From an uncultured Candidatus Rokubacteria bacterium (lineage in GTDB: Bacteria > Methylomirabilota > Methylomirabilia > Rokubacteriales > CSP1-6): a stretch of DNA of 64,000 nt. Position 1 is the stretch's first letter. Every line of letters starts with the position of its first letter. The stretch lies in assembly GCA_963762145.1 (NCBI GenBank), contig CAVXJS010000015.1, positions 96,001 through 160,000 on the forward strand. The letters are read 5' to 3'. This document shows, one piece after another, positions 28,063 to 38,340 of this stretch. A program made the translations under genes and the position numbers. A model generated the notes under the pieces. It was not told the DNA's origin and did not search any database. It worked only from the letters and a program-made list of their open reading frames with translations.

Positions 28063-28693
28063 GGTAGATCTCGTCGAGCAGCTCCTCGGGAGTCGTCACG
28101 CCGGGCCGGCGGGCGAGCGCCGCGCCGATGATCGGGGCCGCCTCGCTCGGCCGGTAGCCGAGCTGCTTCACCAGGATGTCGAAGACCATGCCGCGCAGCG
28201 CTTCCTCGTCGGGCGCGACGACCGCGGCCGGCTCCGGGCTCGCCGCCTCGCCCCGGGCGAGCGCGAACTTGGCCACCTTGGCCTGGAGCTGCGCCACGAT
28301 GTTCTTGGCCTTCTGGGGGCCGATGCCGGGCAGGCGGCGCAGATAGCCCTCGTCCTGCCGGGCGATGGCCGCCGCGATCTCGCCGACCGGGGCCGCGAGG
28401 GAGCGGGCCGCCACCATCGGGCCCACGTCCTTCACGGTGATCAGCTTCTCGAAGAACTCGCGGTCGAGCTCCGAGGTGAAGCCGATCAGCACCGGGCGCG
28501 GCTGGTTCTGGGTGGCGTGGTAGTGGATCTCGAGCGCCACCTCGTCGGCCGCGTCCCCGTCCGCGGCCTTGGCGTGCACCAGCTCCTGCTGGGTCACCGG
28601 CGGGACGAAGACCTCGTAGCCCACGCCCGCCGCCTCCACGACCACGCGATCCTCGAGCTTGCGCCGCAGCTTCCCCCGCAAGGACGCGATCAT
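28043..28693 (-). CDS. ruvA: Holliday junction DNA-binding protein RuvA
   Basis: MIASLRGKL...VVEAAGVGYEV; HhH motifs VKDVGP and LPGIGPQKA. Confidence 0.93.
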   Translation of the reverse strand: MIASLRGKLRRKLEDRVVVEAAGVGYEVFVPPVTQQELVHAKAADGDAADEVALEIHYHATQNQPRPVLIGFTSELDREFFEKLITVKDVGPMVAARSLAAPVGEIAAAIARQDEGYLRRLPGIGPQKAKNIVAQLQAKVAKFALARGEAASPEPAAVVAPDEEALRGMVFDILVKQLGYRPSEAAPIIGAALARRPGVTTPEELLDEIYRGGRKG

Positions 28694-28743
28694 GGCCGTC
28701 CGGTACCCGCGACGCGATGAACCGGCGCACGGCCTCGCTCGTC

Positions 28744-28802
28744 GGTTGCCCGCCATTGGGGAGTGCGGGGGCCATTTCTGGGCCCCCGCAGCTGAAGAGA
28801 AG
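28744..28802 (+). repeat. REP-like family 2 (GGTTG.CCGC..TGGGG(G)AG-TGCGGG.GGC-loop-GCCCCCGCA...AGAGAAG), copy 1
   Basis: Matches 32721-32782 and the reverse complement of 34705-34766; hairpin TGCGGGGGCC-atttctg-GGCCCCCGCA. Confidence 0.8.
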
Positions 28803-28838
28803 CTTCCGGTTGTCCGGCCGCGCCCGGGTGCCGCGACC

Positions 28839-29305
28839 CTACCGGTGACACGCCCCATCCCGGTCGCCGCCAGCCCGAGCGCGTCCGCCACGTGCGAAGG
28901 CCGCGGCAGCTCCTTGAGCCCGAGCACGGTCTGGACCGCGCGCTGCATCTGTCCCTTGCCCGCCGCGCCGTTGCCGGTCATCGCGCGCTTGACCTCCGAC
29001 GGCGCCAGCGCGAGGACGCTCACCCCGAGCTGACGCGCGGCCAGGTAGATGACGCCCCGGGCGTGGCCCATGAGGATGGCGGTGCGTGGGAACTTGTACT
29101 CGGTGTAGAGATCCTCGACCACGAGCAGCCCGGGCTCCTGCAGCTCGATGATCCGGTGCACCGCCCGATGCAGGGCGTTCAGACGGGCCTCCAGCGGCTG
29201 CCCGGTGGTGGTGCTGATGACACCGGCGTCGCACACCGTCACCCCGCCGGGCCCCACCTCCAGCACGCCGAACCCGGTGGCGACGAGCCCCGGGTCCACC
29301 CCCAT
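28839..29305 (-). CDS. ruvC: Crossover junction endodeoxyribonuclease RuvC; no in-frame stop, so the frame continues into ruvA
   Basis: GVDPGLVATGFGV, VVEDLY, MGHARGVI, PSEVKRAMTGNGAAGKGQM, HVADALGLA. The end given is an out-of-frame TAG at 28839. Confidence 0.92.
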
Positions 29306-29318
29306 GACGCGAAGGGCG

Positions 29319-30071
29319 CTAGGCCGCGGTGATGGCGTCGATGACCTCGTCGGCGATGTCGTAGTTGGAATAGACGGACTGGACGTCGTCCTGCTCCTCG
29401 AGGGCCTCGATGAGCCGCAGCACCGCCGCGGCCTCCTTACCCTCTACCTTCACGGTGGATTGCGGCACCATGTCCACCCGCGCCTCGACCACCGGCATCC
29501 CCTGCCGCTCGAGCGCCTGGCGGACCGTCTCCATTTCATCAGGACTCGCGGTGACCTCGAACACTTTTTCTACCTGCTTGACGTCGGTCGCCCCCGAGTC
29601 GAGGGCCTTCTCGAGCAGATCGTCCTCCTTCACCTTCTGGGCGTCCACCTCGATCATGCCCCGACGGTCGAACATCCAGGCCACGCAGCCCGACGTACCC
29701 ATCCGGCCCTCGTTCTTCTCGAAGATGTGCCGGATCTCGGGCCCGGTGCGGTTCTTGTTGTCGGTCAGCGTTCGCACCATGACCGCCACCCCGCCCGCGC
29801 CGTAGCCCTCGTACGAGATCTCCTCGTAGGACTCGCCGGGAAGCTCCCCGGTCCCCTTCTGGATCGCCCGCTTGATGTTGTCGGCGGGCATGTTGGCCGC
29901 CCTCGCCGACTCGGTGGCCGCCTTCAGGCGCAGGTTGCCCTTGGGATCGCCCCCGCCGTTCTTCGCCGCGACCGTGATCTCACGCAGGATCTTCGAGAAC
30001 AGCTTCCCGCGCTGCACGTCCGTCTTGCCCTTCTTCCGCTTGATCTGCGACCACCGTGAGTGTCCAGACAT
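29319..30071 (-). CDS. yebC: YebC/PmpR-family protein
   Basis: MSGHSRWSQIKRKKG, YEGYGAGGVA, TDNKNRT, LEEQDDVQSVYSN. Confidence 0.96.
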   Translation of the reverse strand: MSGHSRWSQIKRKKGKTDVQRGKLFSKILREITVAAKNGGGDPKGNLRLKAATESARAANMPADNIKRAIQKGTGELPGESYEEISYEGYGAGGVAVMVRTLTDNKNRTGPEIRHIFEKNEGRMGTSGCVAWMFDRRGMIEVDAQKVKEDDLLEKALDSGATDVKQVEKVFEVTASPDEMETVRQALERQGMPVVEARVDMVPQSTVKVEGKEAAAVLRLIEALEEQDDVQSVYSNYDIADEVIDAITAA

Positions 30072-30080
30072 GCCAATCTC

Positions 30081-31070
30081 CTACGCGCTGAGTGATTGTT
30101 TCAGGGTCTTGACGCGCTCCAGCCGCCGCCCCCGGCGCTCAAGGGCCAGAGCCCAGCGCCGCTGCTCGGCGGGGGTCTCGGGCGTGAAGGACCGGCACGG
30201 CCGGGGCCGCAGCGGAGCGCTCGGATCGGAGCCCAGGTGCACGAAGGTGAGGTAGGCGGTGCAGGCGTGCTTGATCTCGCCGGTCCACGGCACCTCGCTC
30301 AGCACCTTCACCCCGATCTCCAGCGACGACGTCCCCACGTGGTTGAGGCCCGCCTGGAAGGTGACGACCTCGTTCGCATGGACCGGGGCGTAGAAGTCGA
30401 GCGCGTCCAGGCACGCGGTCATGACCAGGCCCCGGCAATACCGCATGGAGAGGATACCCCCCGCCTCGTCGATGTCGAGGAGGAGCTTGCCCGCGAACAT
30501 GGTGTTGCCGAACAGCAGGTCCTCGGGCAGCACCGACCGGCAGGATTCGAATCCCCAGCGGAGCTGCTCCGGCGCGTCGTCCTCGACCTCGCGGTTGCGC
30601 TCGGCACGCCGGGCGAAGCGCGCGAGCCGCTGGGCGCGCCGCTCGCCGGCCGCCGCGTGCAGGGCCTCTTCCTCCGCCCCGCGCGGCGCCACCGTCTGCG
30701 GCACCGGGAGCGGCTTGACGTGCTCGTCCACCTTGACGAAGACGAGGTGGGAGGACAGGGTGAGCGCCCGCTCCCCGGTCGCGGGCTTCTCGGCGTACAC
30801 CCGCACCCCGACCTCGAGCGAGCACCGGCCGACGTACTCCACCTGGGCCCGCAGCACCGCGACCTCGCCCACCTTGACCGGGTGCAGGAAGTCGATGTCG
30901 TCCATGGCGCCCAGCACCACGTTGCCGCGCGCCACCCGCGAGGCCGCGATCGTCCCGCAGGTGGCGATCCACTGCATCATGCGCCCGCCGTGGATCTGCC
31001 CGGGCGCCCCCGCGTGCTCGGGGAACACCCAGTTCACCATCTCGGTAGCCGTGTCGGAGATCGAGAGCAT
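30081..31070 (-). CDS. Tandem hotdog acyl-CoA thioesterase (YciA-like, two domains)
   Basis: Two repeats: [21 protein letters not shown] and [23 protein letters not shown], each followed by a SLE(V/I)GV motif. Confidence 0.88.
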   Translation of the reverse strand: MLSISDTATEMVNWVFPEHAGAPGQIHGGRMMQWIATCGTIAASRVARGNVVLGAMDDIDFLHPVKVGEVAVLRAQVEYVGRCSLEVGVRVYAEKPATGERALTLSSHLVFVKVDEHVKPLPVPQTVAPRGAEEEALHAAAGERRAQRLARFARRAERNREVEDDAPEQLRWGFESCRSVLPEDLLFGNTMFAGKLLLDIDEAGGILSMRYCRGLVMTACLDALDFYAPVHANEVVTFQAGLNHVGTSSLEIGVKVLSEVPWTGEIKHACTAYLTFVHLGSDPSAPLRPRPCRSFTPETPAEQRRWALALERRGRRLERVKTLKQSLSA

Positions 31071-31155
31071 GGTCAGCGTCGAATGTCGCGTAAGTCTCGC
31101 ATTTTTCTACCACGGAGGGCCCTCCAAGTCCAGACGCGGAGCCCCCGCCGGGGCG

Positions 31156-31184
31156 TTGACAATCGCGCGGCCCGGCCCTAGGGT
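31156..31184 (+). promoter_or_regulatory. Sigma70-like promoter of the acyl-CoA dehydrogenase
   Basis: TTGACA, 17 nt spacer, TAGGGT. Confidence 0.5.
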
Positions 31185-31245
31185 TGGGGCCACGTCAGGG
31201 GGCGAAGCACACCGTACCAGAGGCACCGGCGCCGGGAGGGCCCAC

Positions 31246-32453
<1,208 letters not shown>

Positions 32454-32454
<1 letters not shown>

Positions 32455-32634
32455 GCGGAGGGGAGCGGGCGGGGCGGGGGTGCGGGGGGTGCGGCCTCTG
32501 ACCACGACCCGCTCCCTCGCCACCTCGCTGCAGGAGTTCCCAATCCGGGAAGGTGCGCTCTAGGCATTCCCTCGGAGGGAACGGGTCACCCGGCCGCACC
32601 CCCCGCACCCCCGCCCCGCCCGCTCCCCTCCGCT
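32454..32634 (+). repeat. Structured long-hairpin repeat element (family S), copy C
   Basis: Perfect 43-bp arms 32454-32496 / 32592-32634 around a 95-nt core (TCTGACCACGAC...GAGTTCCCAATCCGGGA...GGGAACGGGTCACCC). Confidence 0.9.
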
Positions 32635-32720
32635 CGGGTCTTTTGAAACTGCTGAACCACAGAACCAACCCCTCCCCAGACACAGAGCGCGTTCGGAACA
32701 ACTATCTGCAATTTCGAAAC

Positions 32721-32782
32721 GGTTGTCCGCCGACTGGGGGAGTGCGGGAGGCATGTCTGGGCCCCCGCATTAAATAGAGAAG
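32721..32782 (+). repeat. REP-like family 2, copy 2
   Basis: ggttgtccgccgactgggggagtgcgggaggcatgtctgggcccccgcattaaatagagaag. Confidence 0.8.
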
Positions 32783-32864
32783 CGGAACCGTAAATCTCGC
32801 AGCAGCCGGTTGACCCGACCGTGTCGCCGCGGGGCCATTCGCGCGAGGGCTGAATCTCCTGGGG

Positions 32865-33728
32865 CTACTCCCGCCAGCGCGGGTCCAGCAAGTCTCGCAA
32901 TGCGTCGCCCAGCAAGTTTATCCCCAGGACCGCGAGCAAGAGCGCGGCGCCGGGGAAGAACGCGACCCAGGGGGCGGCGGCGAGGAAGGTCTGGCCCTCG
33001 GCGAGCATGCTGCCCCAGGAGATCGTGGGGGCCTGGGCGCCCAGGCCCAGGAACGACAGGCCGGCCTCGGCGATCATGTTGCTGCCGACGCCGATGGTCG
33101 CCGCGACGATGATCGGGCCCACCGCGTTCGGCAGGAGATGGCGGACCAGGATCGTGGCGTGGCCCACCCCGAGCGCGCGGGCGGCCTGCACGTAGTCGCG
33201 CTCCTTGAGCGAGAGGATCTCGCCGCGTACGACCCGCGCGATCGTGGTCCAGCCCAGCGCGACCAGAACCAGCGCCACCTTGTCGAGCCCGGGCCGCTCG
33301 AAGACCGCAATCAGCCCGATGGCCAGGATCAACGAAGGAAAGGCCATCACCACGTCGGTGGCCCGCATCAGCAGCGAATCGCGCCAGCCGCCGTGGTAGC
33401 CGGCGAGCAGGCCCACCGCGATGCCCAGGGTCGCGGCCAGCACCTCCACCCCGAGGCCGAGCGCGAGCGAGACGCGGCCCCCGTGGAGCACGCGCGAGAA
33501 GAGATCGCGAGCCAGCGCGTCGGTGCCGAAGAGGTGCGCGGGCTCCGGCGGGCGCAGCATGACCTCGCTGAGCGCGGCCGGCACCGCGGTCGGATCGTAG
33601 GGCGCGAGCCACGGGGCGAGGAGCGCCGACGCGGCGAAGAGACCCACCAGCGTGGCGCCGATGATGAGGCGTCGGCCGCGGCGTGAGCGAAGCTCTCCCG
33701 CCGGGCGCCGGAGCGTGTCAACCGCCAC
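32865..33728 (-). CDS. Peptide/nickel ABC transporter permease (DppC/OppC-like)
   Basis: HLFGTDALARDLFSR, EAA-like DYVQAARALG, HLLPN, EAGLSFLGLG, GDALRDLLDPR. Confidence 0.93.
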   Translation of the reverse strand: MAVDTLRRPAGELRSRRGRRLIIGATLVGLFAASALLAPWLAPYDPTAVPAALSEVMLRPPEPAHLFGTDALARDLFSRVLHGGRVSLALGLGVEVLAATLGIAVGLLAGYHGGWRDSLLMRATDVVMAFPSLILAIGLIAVFERPGLDKVALVLVALGWTTIARVVRGEILSLKERDYVQAARALGVGHATILVRHLLPNAVGPIIVAATIGVGSNMIAEAGLSFLGLGAQAPTISWGSMLAEGQTFLAAAPWVAFFPGAALLLAVLGINLLGDALRDLLDPRWRE

Positions 33729-34659
33729 GGCGGATCCGCGGATCGATGACGAGATAGGCCAGGTCAACCACCAGGTTGGCGAGGACGTAGATCACCGCGA
33801 AGACGAGCACCGCGCCCATCACGACCGGCAGGTCGCGCTGCCCCACCGCGGCCACCAGCATCCGGCCGAGGCCGGGCCACGCGAAGACCGTCTCGGTGAG
33901 GGGCGCGCCGACGAGGAGATCCGCGATCCCGATGCCGATCACGGTGATCACCGGGATCAGGGCATTGCGCAGGGCGTGCTTGGCGATCACCAGCCATTCG
34001 CCGAGCCCCTTGGCGCGTGCGGTCTGGATGTACTCCTGCCGGATCACCTCGAGCAGGTTCGAGCGGGCCATGCGCGCAATGGTGCCGGTGTGGATGGCGC
34101 CCAGCGTGAACGCGGGCAGGACCAGGTTGGCCCAGGCGCCGTCGCCGTAGCCCGAGACCGGCAGCCATCCGAGCCACACCGCGAAGAGCAGCGAGAGCAT
34201 CATGCCGAGCCAGAACACCGGCGTGGAGATGCCGAGCACCGCCGCGCTCATGAGGAGCTGATCGAGCAGCCGACCCGGCCGCAGCGCGGCCACGATCCCC
34301 ATCGCGAGGCCGACGACGACCGCGATCACGGTGGCGGCCAGGGCCAGGCGCACGGTGGCGGGCAGCCGCTCGGCGATGATCTCCGCGACCGGCCGCTGCT
34401 GGTGATAAGACGTCCCGAGGTCCCCGCGGCCCAACCGCGACATCCACGTGAGGTAGCGCACGTGCACCGGTTGGTCGAGCGCGTAGTCCCGGCGGATCTG
34501 CTGGACCAGCTCCGGATCGGCGCGCTGGCCCAGCATGGCCCGGGCCGGATCGCCCAGGCCGACCGCGGTGAGCGCGAAGACGAGCAGGCTGACGCCCAGC
34601 AGGACTGGGAGGAGGGCCAGGACGCGCTTGGCCGCGGGTTCTAGCAGGTCGGAAAACAT
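33718..34659 (-). CDS. Peptide/nickel ABC transporter permease (DppB/OppB-like)
   Basis: GDPARAMLG, GDLGTSY, EYIQTARAKGL, ETVFAWPGLG, NLVVDLAYLVIDPRIR. Confidence 0.93.
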   Translation of the reverse strand: MFSDLLEPAAKRVLALLPVLLGVSLLVFALTAVGLGDPARAMLGQRADPELVQQIRRDYALDQPVHVRYLTWMSRLGRGDLGTSYHQQRPVAEIIAERLPATVRLALAATVIAVVVGLAMGIVAALRPGRLLDQLLMSAAVLGISTPVFWLGMMLSLLFAVWLGWLPVSGYGDGAWANLVLPAFTLGAIHTGTIARMARSNLLEVIRQEYIQTARAKGLGEWLVIAKHALRNALIPVITVIGIGIADLLVGAPLTETVFAWPGLGRMLVAAVGQRDLPVVMGAVLVFAVIYVLANLVVDLAYLVIDPRIRRGG

Positions 34660-34704
34660 TGGGCGGTCAGCCGGCGCGCTGGCGCGCGCTTGCTTGGGCA
34701 GCCG

Positions 34705-34778
34705 TTCTTTCTTTCATATGCGAGGGCCCAGACATGGCCCCCGCACTCCCCCAACCGCGGACAACCGGCCGCGGACAA
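34705..34778 (-). repeat. REP-like family 2, copy 3 (inverted), with a duplicated CCGCGGACAA end
   Basis: Reverse complement ggttgtccgcggttgggggagtgcgggggccatgtctgggccctcgcatatgaaagaaag. Confidence 0.8.
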
Positions 34779-34782
34779 TCCG

Positions 34783-36354
34783 TTACTCGATCTTTACTTT
34801 GCGCAGGGGGGCGAGGAACTCGGGCGCGGTGGAGAGGGGGGAGCGCTCGAGGCCTTTCACGGTGGGGCGGATCAGGGCTCGGCTCGCGTAGTGGTAGAGC
34901 GTGATCCACGCCCCGTCGTCGAGCAAGCGCTGCTCGGCACCCTGGTAGACTTTGAAGCGCGCCGGGCCGGCCGGCATCACGTCGGCCTGGTCGAGGAGAC
35001 GGTCGAGCTCCGGGCTGCGATACCGGGAGGTGTTGCCCGCCGCGCCGATGTTCCGCGAGTGAAACAGGACGGTCAGGAAGTTCTCCGGATCCGGATAGTC
35101 GGCGATCCAGCCCTGACGGAACATGGTCACCGCTCCCTCGTCCACCACCTTGAGGTGCGCGGCCCAGTCGAGCCGACGCAGCTCGAGCGTGATCCCCACC
35201 TCCCGGAGCTGCGCCTGCAGCAGCTCGCCGATGCGCTGGTTCAGATCGCTGGTGTTGAAGTGGTAGGTGATGGGCGGCAGGCCCCGGCCCCCCGGGAATC
35301 CCGCCTCGGCGAGAAGCTGGCGGGCGCGGGTCCGATCGAGGCCGGGCGCGGTCACGGCCGGGTTGTAGCCCGGCAGCGCGGGAGGCAGGATGCCCTGGCC
35401 CGCGATCACGCAGCCCTCGAGAAGTCCCTGGACGATGGCGGCCGGGTCGATGGCATGCGCCACGGCCAGGCGCATCCGGCGGTCGTTGAACGGCGGCTTC
35501 TCGACGTTGAAGCGCACCCCGTGGGTGCCCAGGGTCGGCCAGATCGCCACCTGGGCGCGAAGCCCGGGATCGGCCTGCACGGCCCGGCAATGGCCGGTCG
35601 GAATGTCGCTGATGTCGAGGTTACCGGCCTTGTAGTCGTTGAACCGGGTGATCTCGGCCGGGATGATGCGGAACACGACGCGCTCCAGGTGGGGCGCGCC
35701 CCGAAAGTGACCGGGGAAGGCCTCCAGCACGACGCGGTCGTCTCGCCGCCACTCCTTCAAACGGAACGCGCCGGTGCCGACCGGGCGACTCGCGAAGGCC
35801 ATCCCCAGGCGCAGGACCTCCTCACGCGGCACGATGGACGCCGCGTCGTAGGCCATCAGGTGGAGGAACGGGGCGAAGGGCTTCTCGAGGGTCAGCTCGA
35901 CGGTGCGCTCGTCCACCACCCGCACCCCCGAGATCTCGGGCGCCCCGCCCTTGATGAAGGCGGGCGCGCCCACGATCTTCTCGAAGACCCACGGCCGCTT
36001 GCCGCGCGCGGCGCGCTCGAAGGAGAACTTCACGTCGGCCGCCACCAGCGCGCGGCCGTGGTGGAACTTCACGCCGGGCCGCAGCACGAAGGTATAGACG
36101 CGATGATCGGCCGAGACCGTCCAGCGCTCGGCCACGCCCGGCAGGGGCTCGAGCTTCTCGTCCAGCTCCACCAGGGTGTCGAAGATCTGGCGCACGACCG
36201 CGGAGGAGGTCGTGTCGGTGGCCTGGGCCGGATCGAGCGTCGGCGGATCGGAGATGAAGACGCCGCGCAGCGGGCCCACCGGCTTGCCGCTCTGGGCCTC
36301 CGCCGGCCCGGCCGCGAGGAGCAGGCCCAGCAGCAGGACGCGGAGGCCCTTCAC
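34783..36354 (-). CDS. Peptide ABC transporter substrate-binding protein (family 5)
   Basis: Signal peptide VKGLRVLLLGLLLAAG, DPPTLDPA, VKFHHG, PVGTGAF, GWIADYPDPENFL. Confidence 0.92.
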   Translation of the reverse strand: MKGLRVLLLGLLLAAGPAEAQSGKPVGPLRGVFISDPPTLDPAQATDTTSSAVVRQIFDTLVELDEKLEPLPGVAERWTVSADHRVYTFVLRPGVKFHHGRALVAADVKFSFERAARGKRPWVFEKIVGAPAFIKGGAPEISGVRVVDERTVELTLEKPFAPFLHLMAYDAASIVPREEVLRLGMAFASRPVGTGAFRLKEWRRDDRVVLEAFPGHFRGAPHLERVVFRIIPAEITRFNDYKAGNLDISDIPTGHCRAVQADPGLRAQVAIWPTLGTHGVRFNVEKPPFNDRRMRLAVAHAIDPAAIVQGLLEGCVIAGQGILPPALPGYNPAVTAPGLDRTRARQLLAEAGFPGGRGLPPITYHFNTSDLNQRIGELLQAQLREVGITLELRRLDWAAHLKVVDEGAVTMFRQGWIADYPDPENFLTVLFHSRNIGAAGNTSRYRSPELDRLLDQADVMPAGPARFKVYQGAEQRLLDDGAWITLYHYASRALIRPTVKGLERSPLSTAPEFLAPLRKVKIE

Positions 36355-37910
36355 CGCTGGGGGGCCGGCGCGGGTGCCGCCGCCGGCGGCGGCGCGTCGA
36401 GCCAGACGCGGTCGAAGCGAGGATTGCCGCTCGGGTGCAGGCGAAGGTTCCGCACCTCCACGCGGCTCGCCGCCCAGTGCAGCCGCACGTAGAGGGGCAC
36501 CCACGGCATCTCCTCGGCCAGCATGGCCTGGGCGCGCACATATAGGCGCTGCCGCTCCGGCCGGAACGACACCTGGCTGGCCCGGATGAGCAGGTCGTCG
36601 AGCGTCCGGTTGCGGTAGAAGGACATGTTCAGCGCCGTCGGCCCCTTGGTCGCCCCTTCGCTGCTGGTCAATGGGTAGAGCAGGAAGTGCGGGTCGCCCG
36701 CCTCCACCCGGGCCTCGAGCAGCGCCATCTGATGCTGACCGGTCCGGGCGACCTGGAGCGCCGCCTCCGGCGCCTCGACCTGGATCGGCACCGTAAAGCC
36801 CGCGTTGGCCAGCGAGGCGCGGATCGCCTCGGCCACCTGCGTCTGGTCCGGGCGCTTGTCGCCGTCGCTGATCAGCAGGCCGGCCGCAGTCCCACGCGGG
36901 AAGCCCGCGTCCGTCAGCAGGCGCTTGGCGTTCGCCGGGTTCGCCTCGAGCACCGGCGAGCCGTCGCGACGCGCCCAGACCCCGAGCGGCAGAAACGAGA
37001 GCAGCGGCACGCCGGCCGGCGCGACGGTGGGGGCGAGCAAGCGCGGATCGAGCGCGGCCGCCACCGCCTGGCGCGCCTTGAGCCGGTTGAAGGGCTCCCG
37101 CTCCGCCTCGAGCGCCAGGTAGCCGATGCGCCAGCTCGGGATCGACTGGGTCCCGACGGTTCGGGACGGGGCGATCTCGGTGAGCAGGACGTCCACCGCC
37201 TGCGCCGCCAGCATCGCCTCGCCGCGGGCGTCCTCGCCGGTCTCCAGGAAGACCAGCCGCGTCGAGCGTGGCGGCCCGCCCCAGTAGGCCGGATTCGCGT
37301 CGAGCACCACCCTGCCCTGGCTCGCCTCGGTGAGCGCGAACGGTCCGGTGCCGACCCACCGCTGCCCCGCGCTGCTCGCCAGCACGATCGAGAACCCCGG
37401 ATGGGCCAGCACCGCGGGCAGCGGCGCGTAGGGCAGGAGCAGGCTGATCTGGACGGTCCGCGCGTCCACTGCCTTGACTTCCTTGACGACCCCGGGCGTC
37501 CCCCGGATCAGACGCGGCGCGATCATGTTGGGCTGGGGCGCATGGACCGCGGTGGGCTGGATGACCCGGTCGAGACTCTCCACCACGTGCTGGGCGGTCA
37601 GCGGGGTGCCGTCGTGAAACCGCACGCCGTCCCGTAGCCGGAAGGTCCACAGGAGGCCGTCGCGCGACACCGACCACTGGGCGGCCAGCCCCGGCTCGAC
37701 ATCGCTGGTGACGTCGCGGTACTGCACCAGGGTGTCGAAGATTTGCCGTGCGATGACGGAAACTGGTCCCTCGAGCGTGGTCGCGGGGTCGAGCGCGGCT
37801 GGCACCGACGGCAGCCCCACGCGGAGGATGCCGCCCTGCGCCCAGGCGCCATCCGCCAGCGTGAGGACGGCGGCGAGCGTGATCGCGATGCGCCCGCATG
37901 CGCTCCACAT
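36351..37910 (-). CDS. Peptide ABC transporter substrate-binding protein (family 5)
   Basis: LDPAT, IFDTLVQY, PGLAAQWSVS, LRDGVRFHDGTPLTA, GTGPF. Confidence 0.9.
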   Translation of the reverse strand: MWSACGRIAITLAAVLTLADGAWAQGGILRVGLPSVPAALDPATTLEGPVSVIARQIFDTLVQYRDVTSDVEPGLAAQWSVSRDGLLWTFRLRDGVRFHDGTPLTAQHVVESLDRVIQPTAVHAPQPNMIAPRLIRGTPGVVKEVKAVDARTVQISLLLPYAPLPAVLAHPGFSIVLASSAGQRWVGTGPFALTEASQGRVVLDANPAYWGGPPRSTRLVFLETGEDARGEAMLAAQAVDVLLTEIAPSRTVGTQSIPSWRIGYLALEAEREPFNRLKARQAVAAALDPRLLAPTVAPAGVPLLSFLPLGVWARRDGSPVLEANPANAKRLLTDAGFPRGTAAGLLISDGDKRPDQTQVAEAIRASLANAGFTVPIQVEAPEAALQVARTGQHQMALLEARVEAGDPHFLLYPLTSSEGATKGPTALNMSFYRNRTLDDLLIRASQVSFRPERQRLYVRAQAMLAEEMPWVPLYVRLHWAASRVEVRNLRLHPSGNPRFDRVWLDAPPPAAAPAPAPQR

Positions 37911-38058
37911 GATCGAGTTATACGACGGAATCCGGCCGCTGCGCGATGCGTAGCCACTTTCCGCGCCGCTGATCACCGGGTGGGCTCGCGCGCAGAGCCG
38001 CGCGCCCGTCCGCCGCTCGAAACGCGCGGGAACCGGCGGGATCGGCCGGCGGCGGGCG

Positions 38059-38074
38059 TGGCACCGAACGTGCT
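38059..38074 (+). promoter_or_regulatory. Putative sigma54 (-24/-12) promoter upstream of the proteasome operon
   Basis: TGGCAC-CGAAC-GTGCT has the exact GG-N10-GC spacing of the TGGCAC-N5-TTGC consensus. Confidence 0.55.
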
Positions 38075-38226
38075 TTCTTGTTAATCAGAGGAGTCGGGAG
38101 CGCTCCGGAACCGGGTCGGGTGAGCCACGGTTAAAGCGGTGAGAGCGATAGGTGATCGCCGCACCACGAATCGGAGAAAAGGAAATGAAATCAATGGCTC
38201 CCGAGGGCAAAATGAGGCCAATTCGC

Positions 38227-38256
38227 TTGACTTAACGCGAAACGGACTCCTATACT
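38227..38256 (+). promoter_or_regulatory. Sigma70-like promoter upstream of arc
   Basis: TTGACT, 18 nt spacer, TATACT. Confidence 0.6.
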
Positions 38257-38340
38257 GAGTTCACCTTTCGGAGGCTTGGGCGGCGCGCGACGGAGCGCTG
38301 GAAGTGCCCGCTGGTTCACCCGGAAAGGAAATGGGCGAAC

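Noticed and set aside
34783-37908. 1041-aa giant substrate-binding protein
   Set aside because: It is two separate SBP genes joined by a GTGA overlap at 36351-36354; the upstream part of that ORF is off-frame
38185-38235. 16-aa ORF MKSMAPEGKMRPIRLT upstream of arc as a Pup substitute or leader peptide
   Set aside because: Too short, no GG[QE] terminus, and it overlaps the -35 box; an SD-like sequence is the only support
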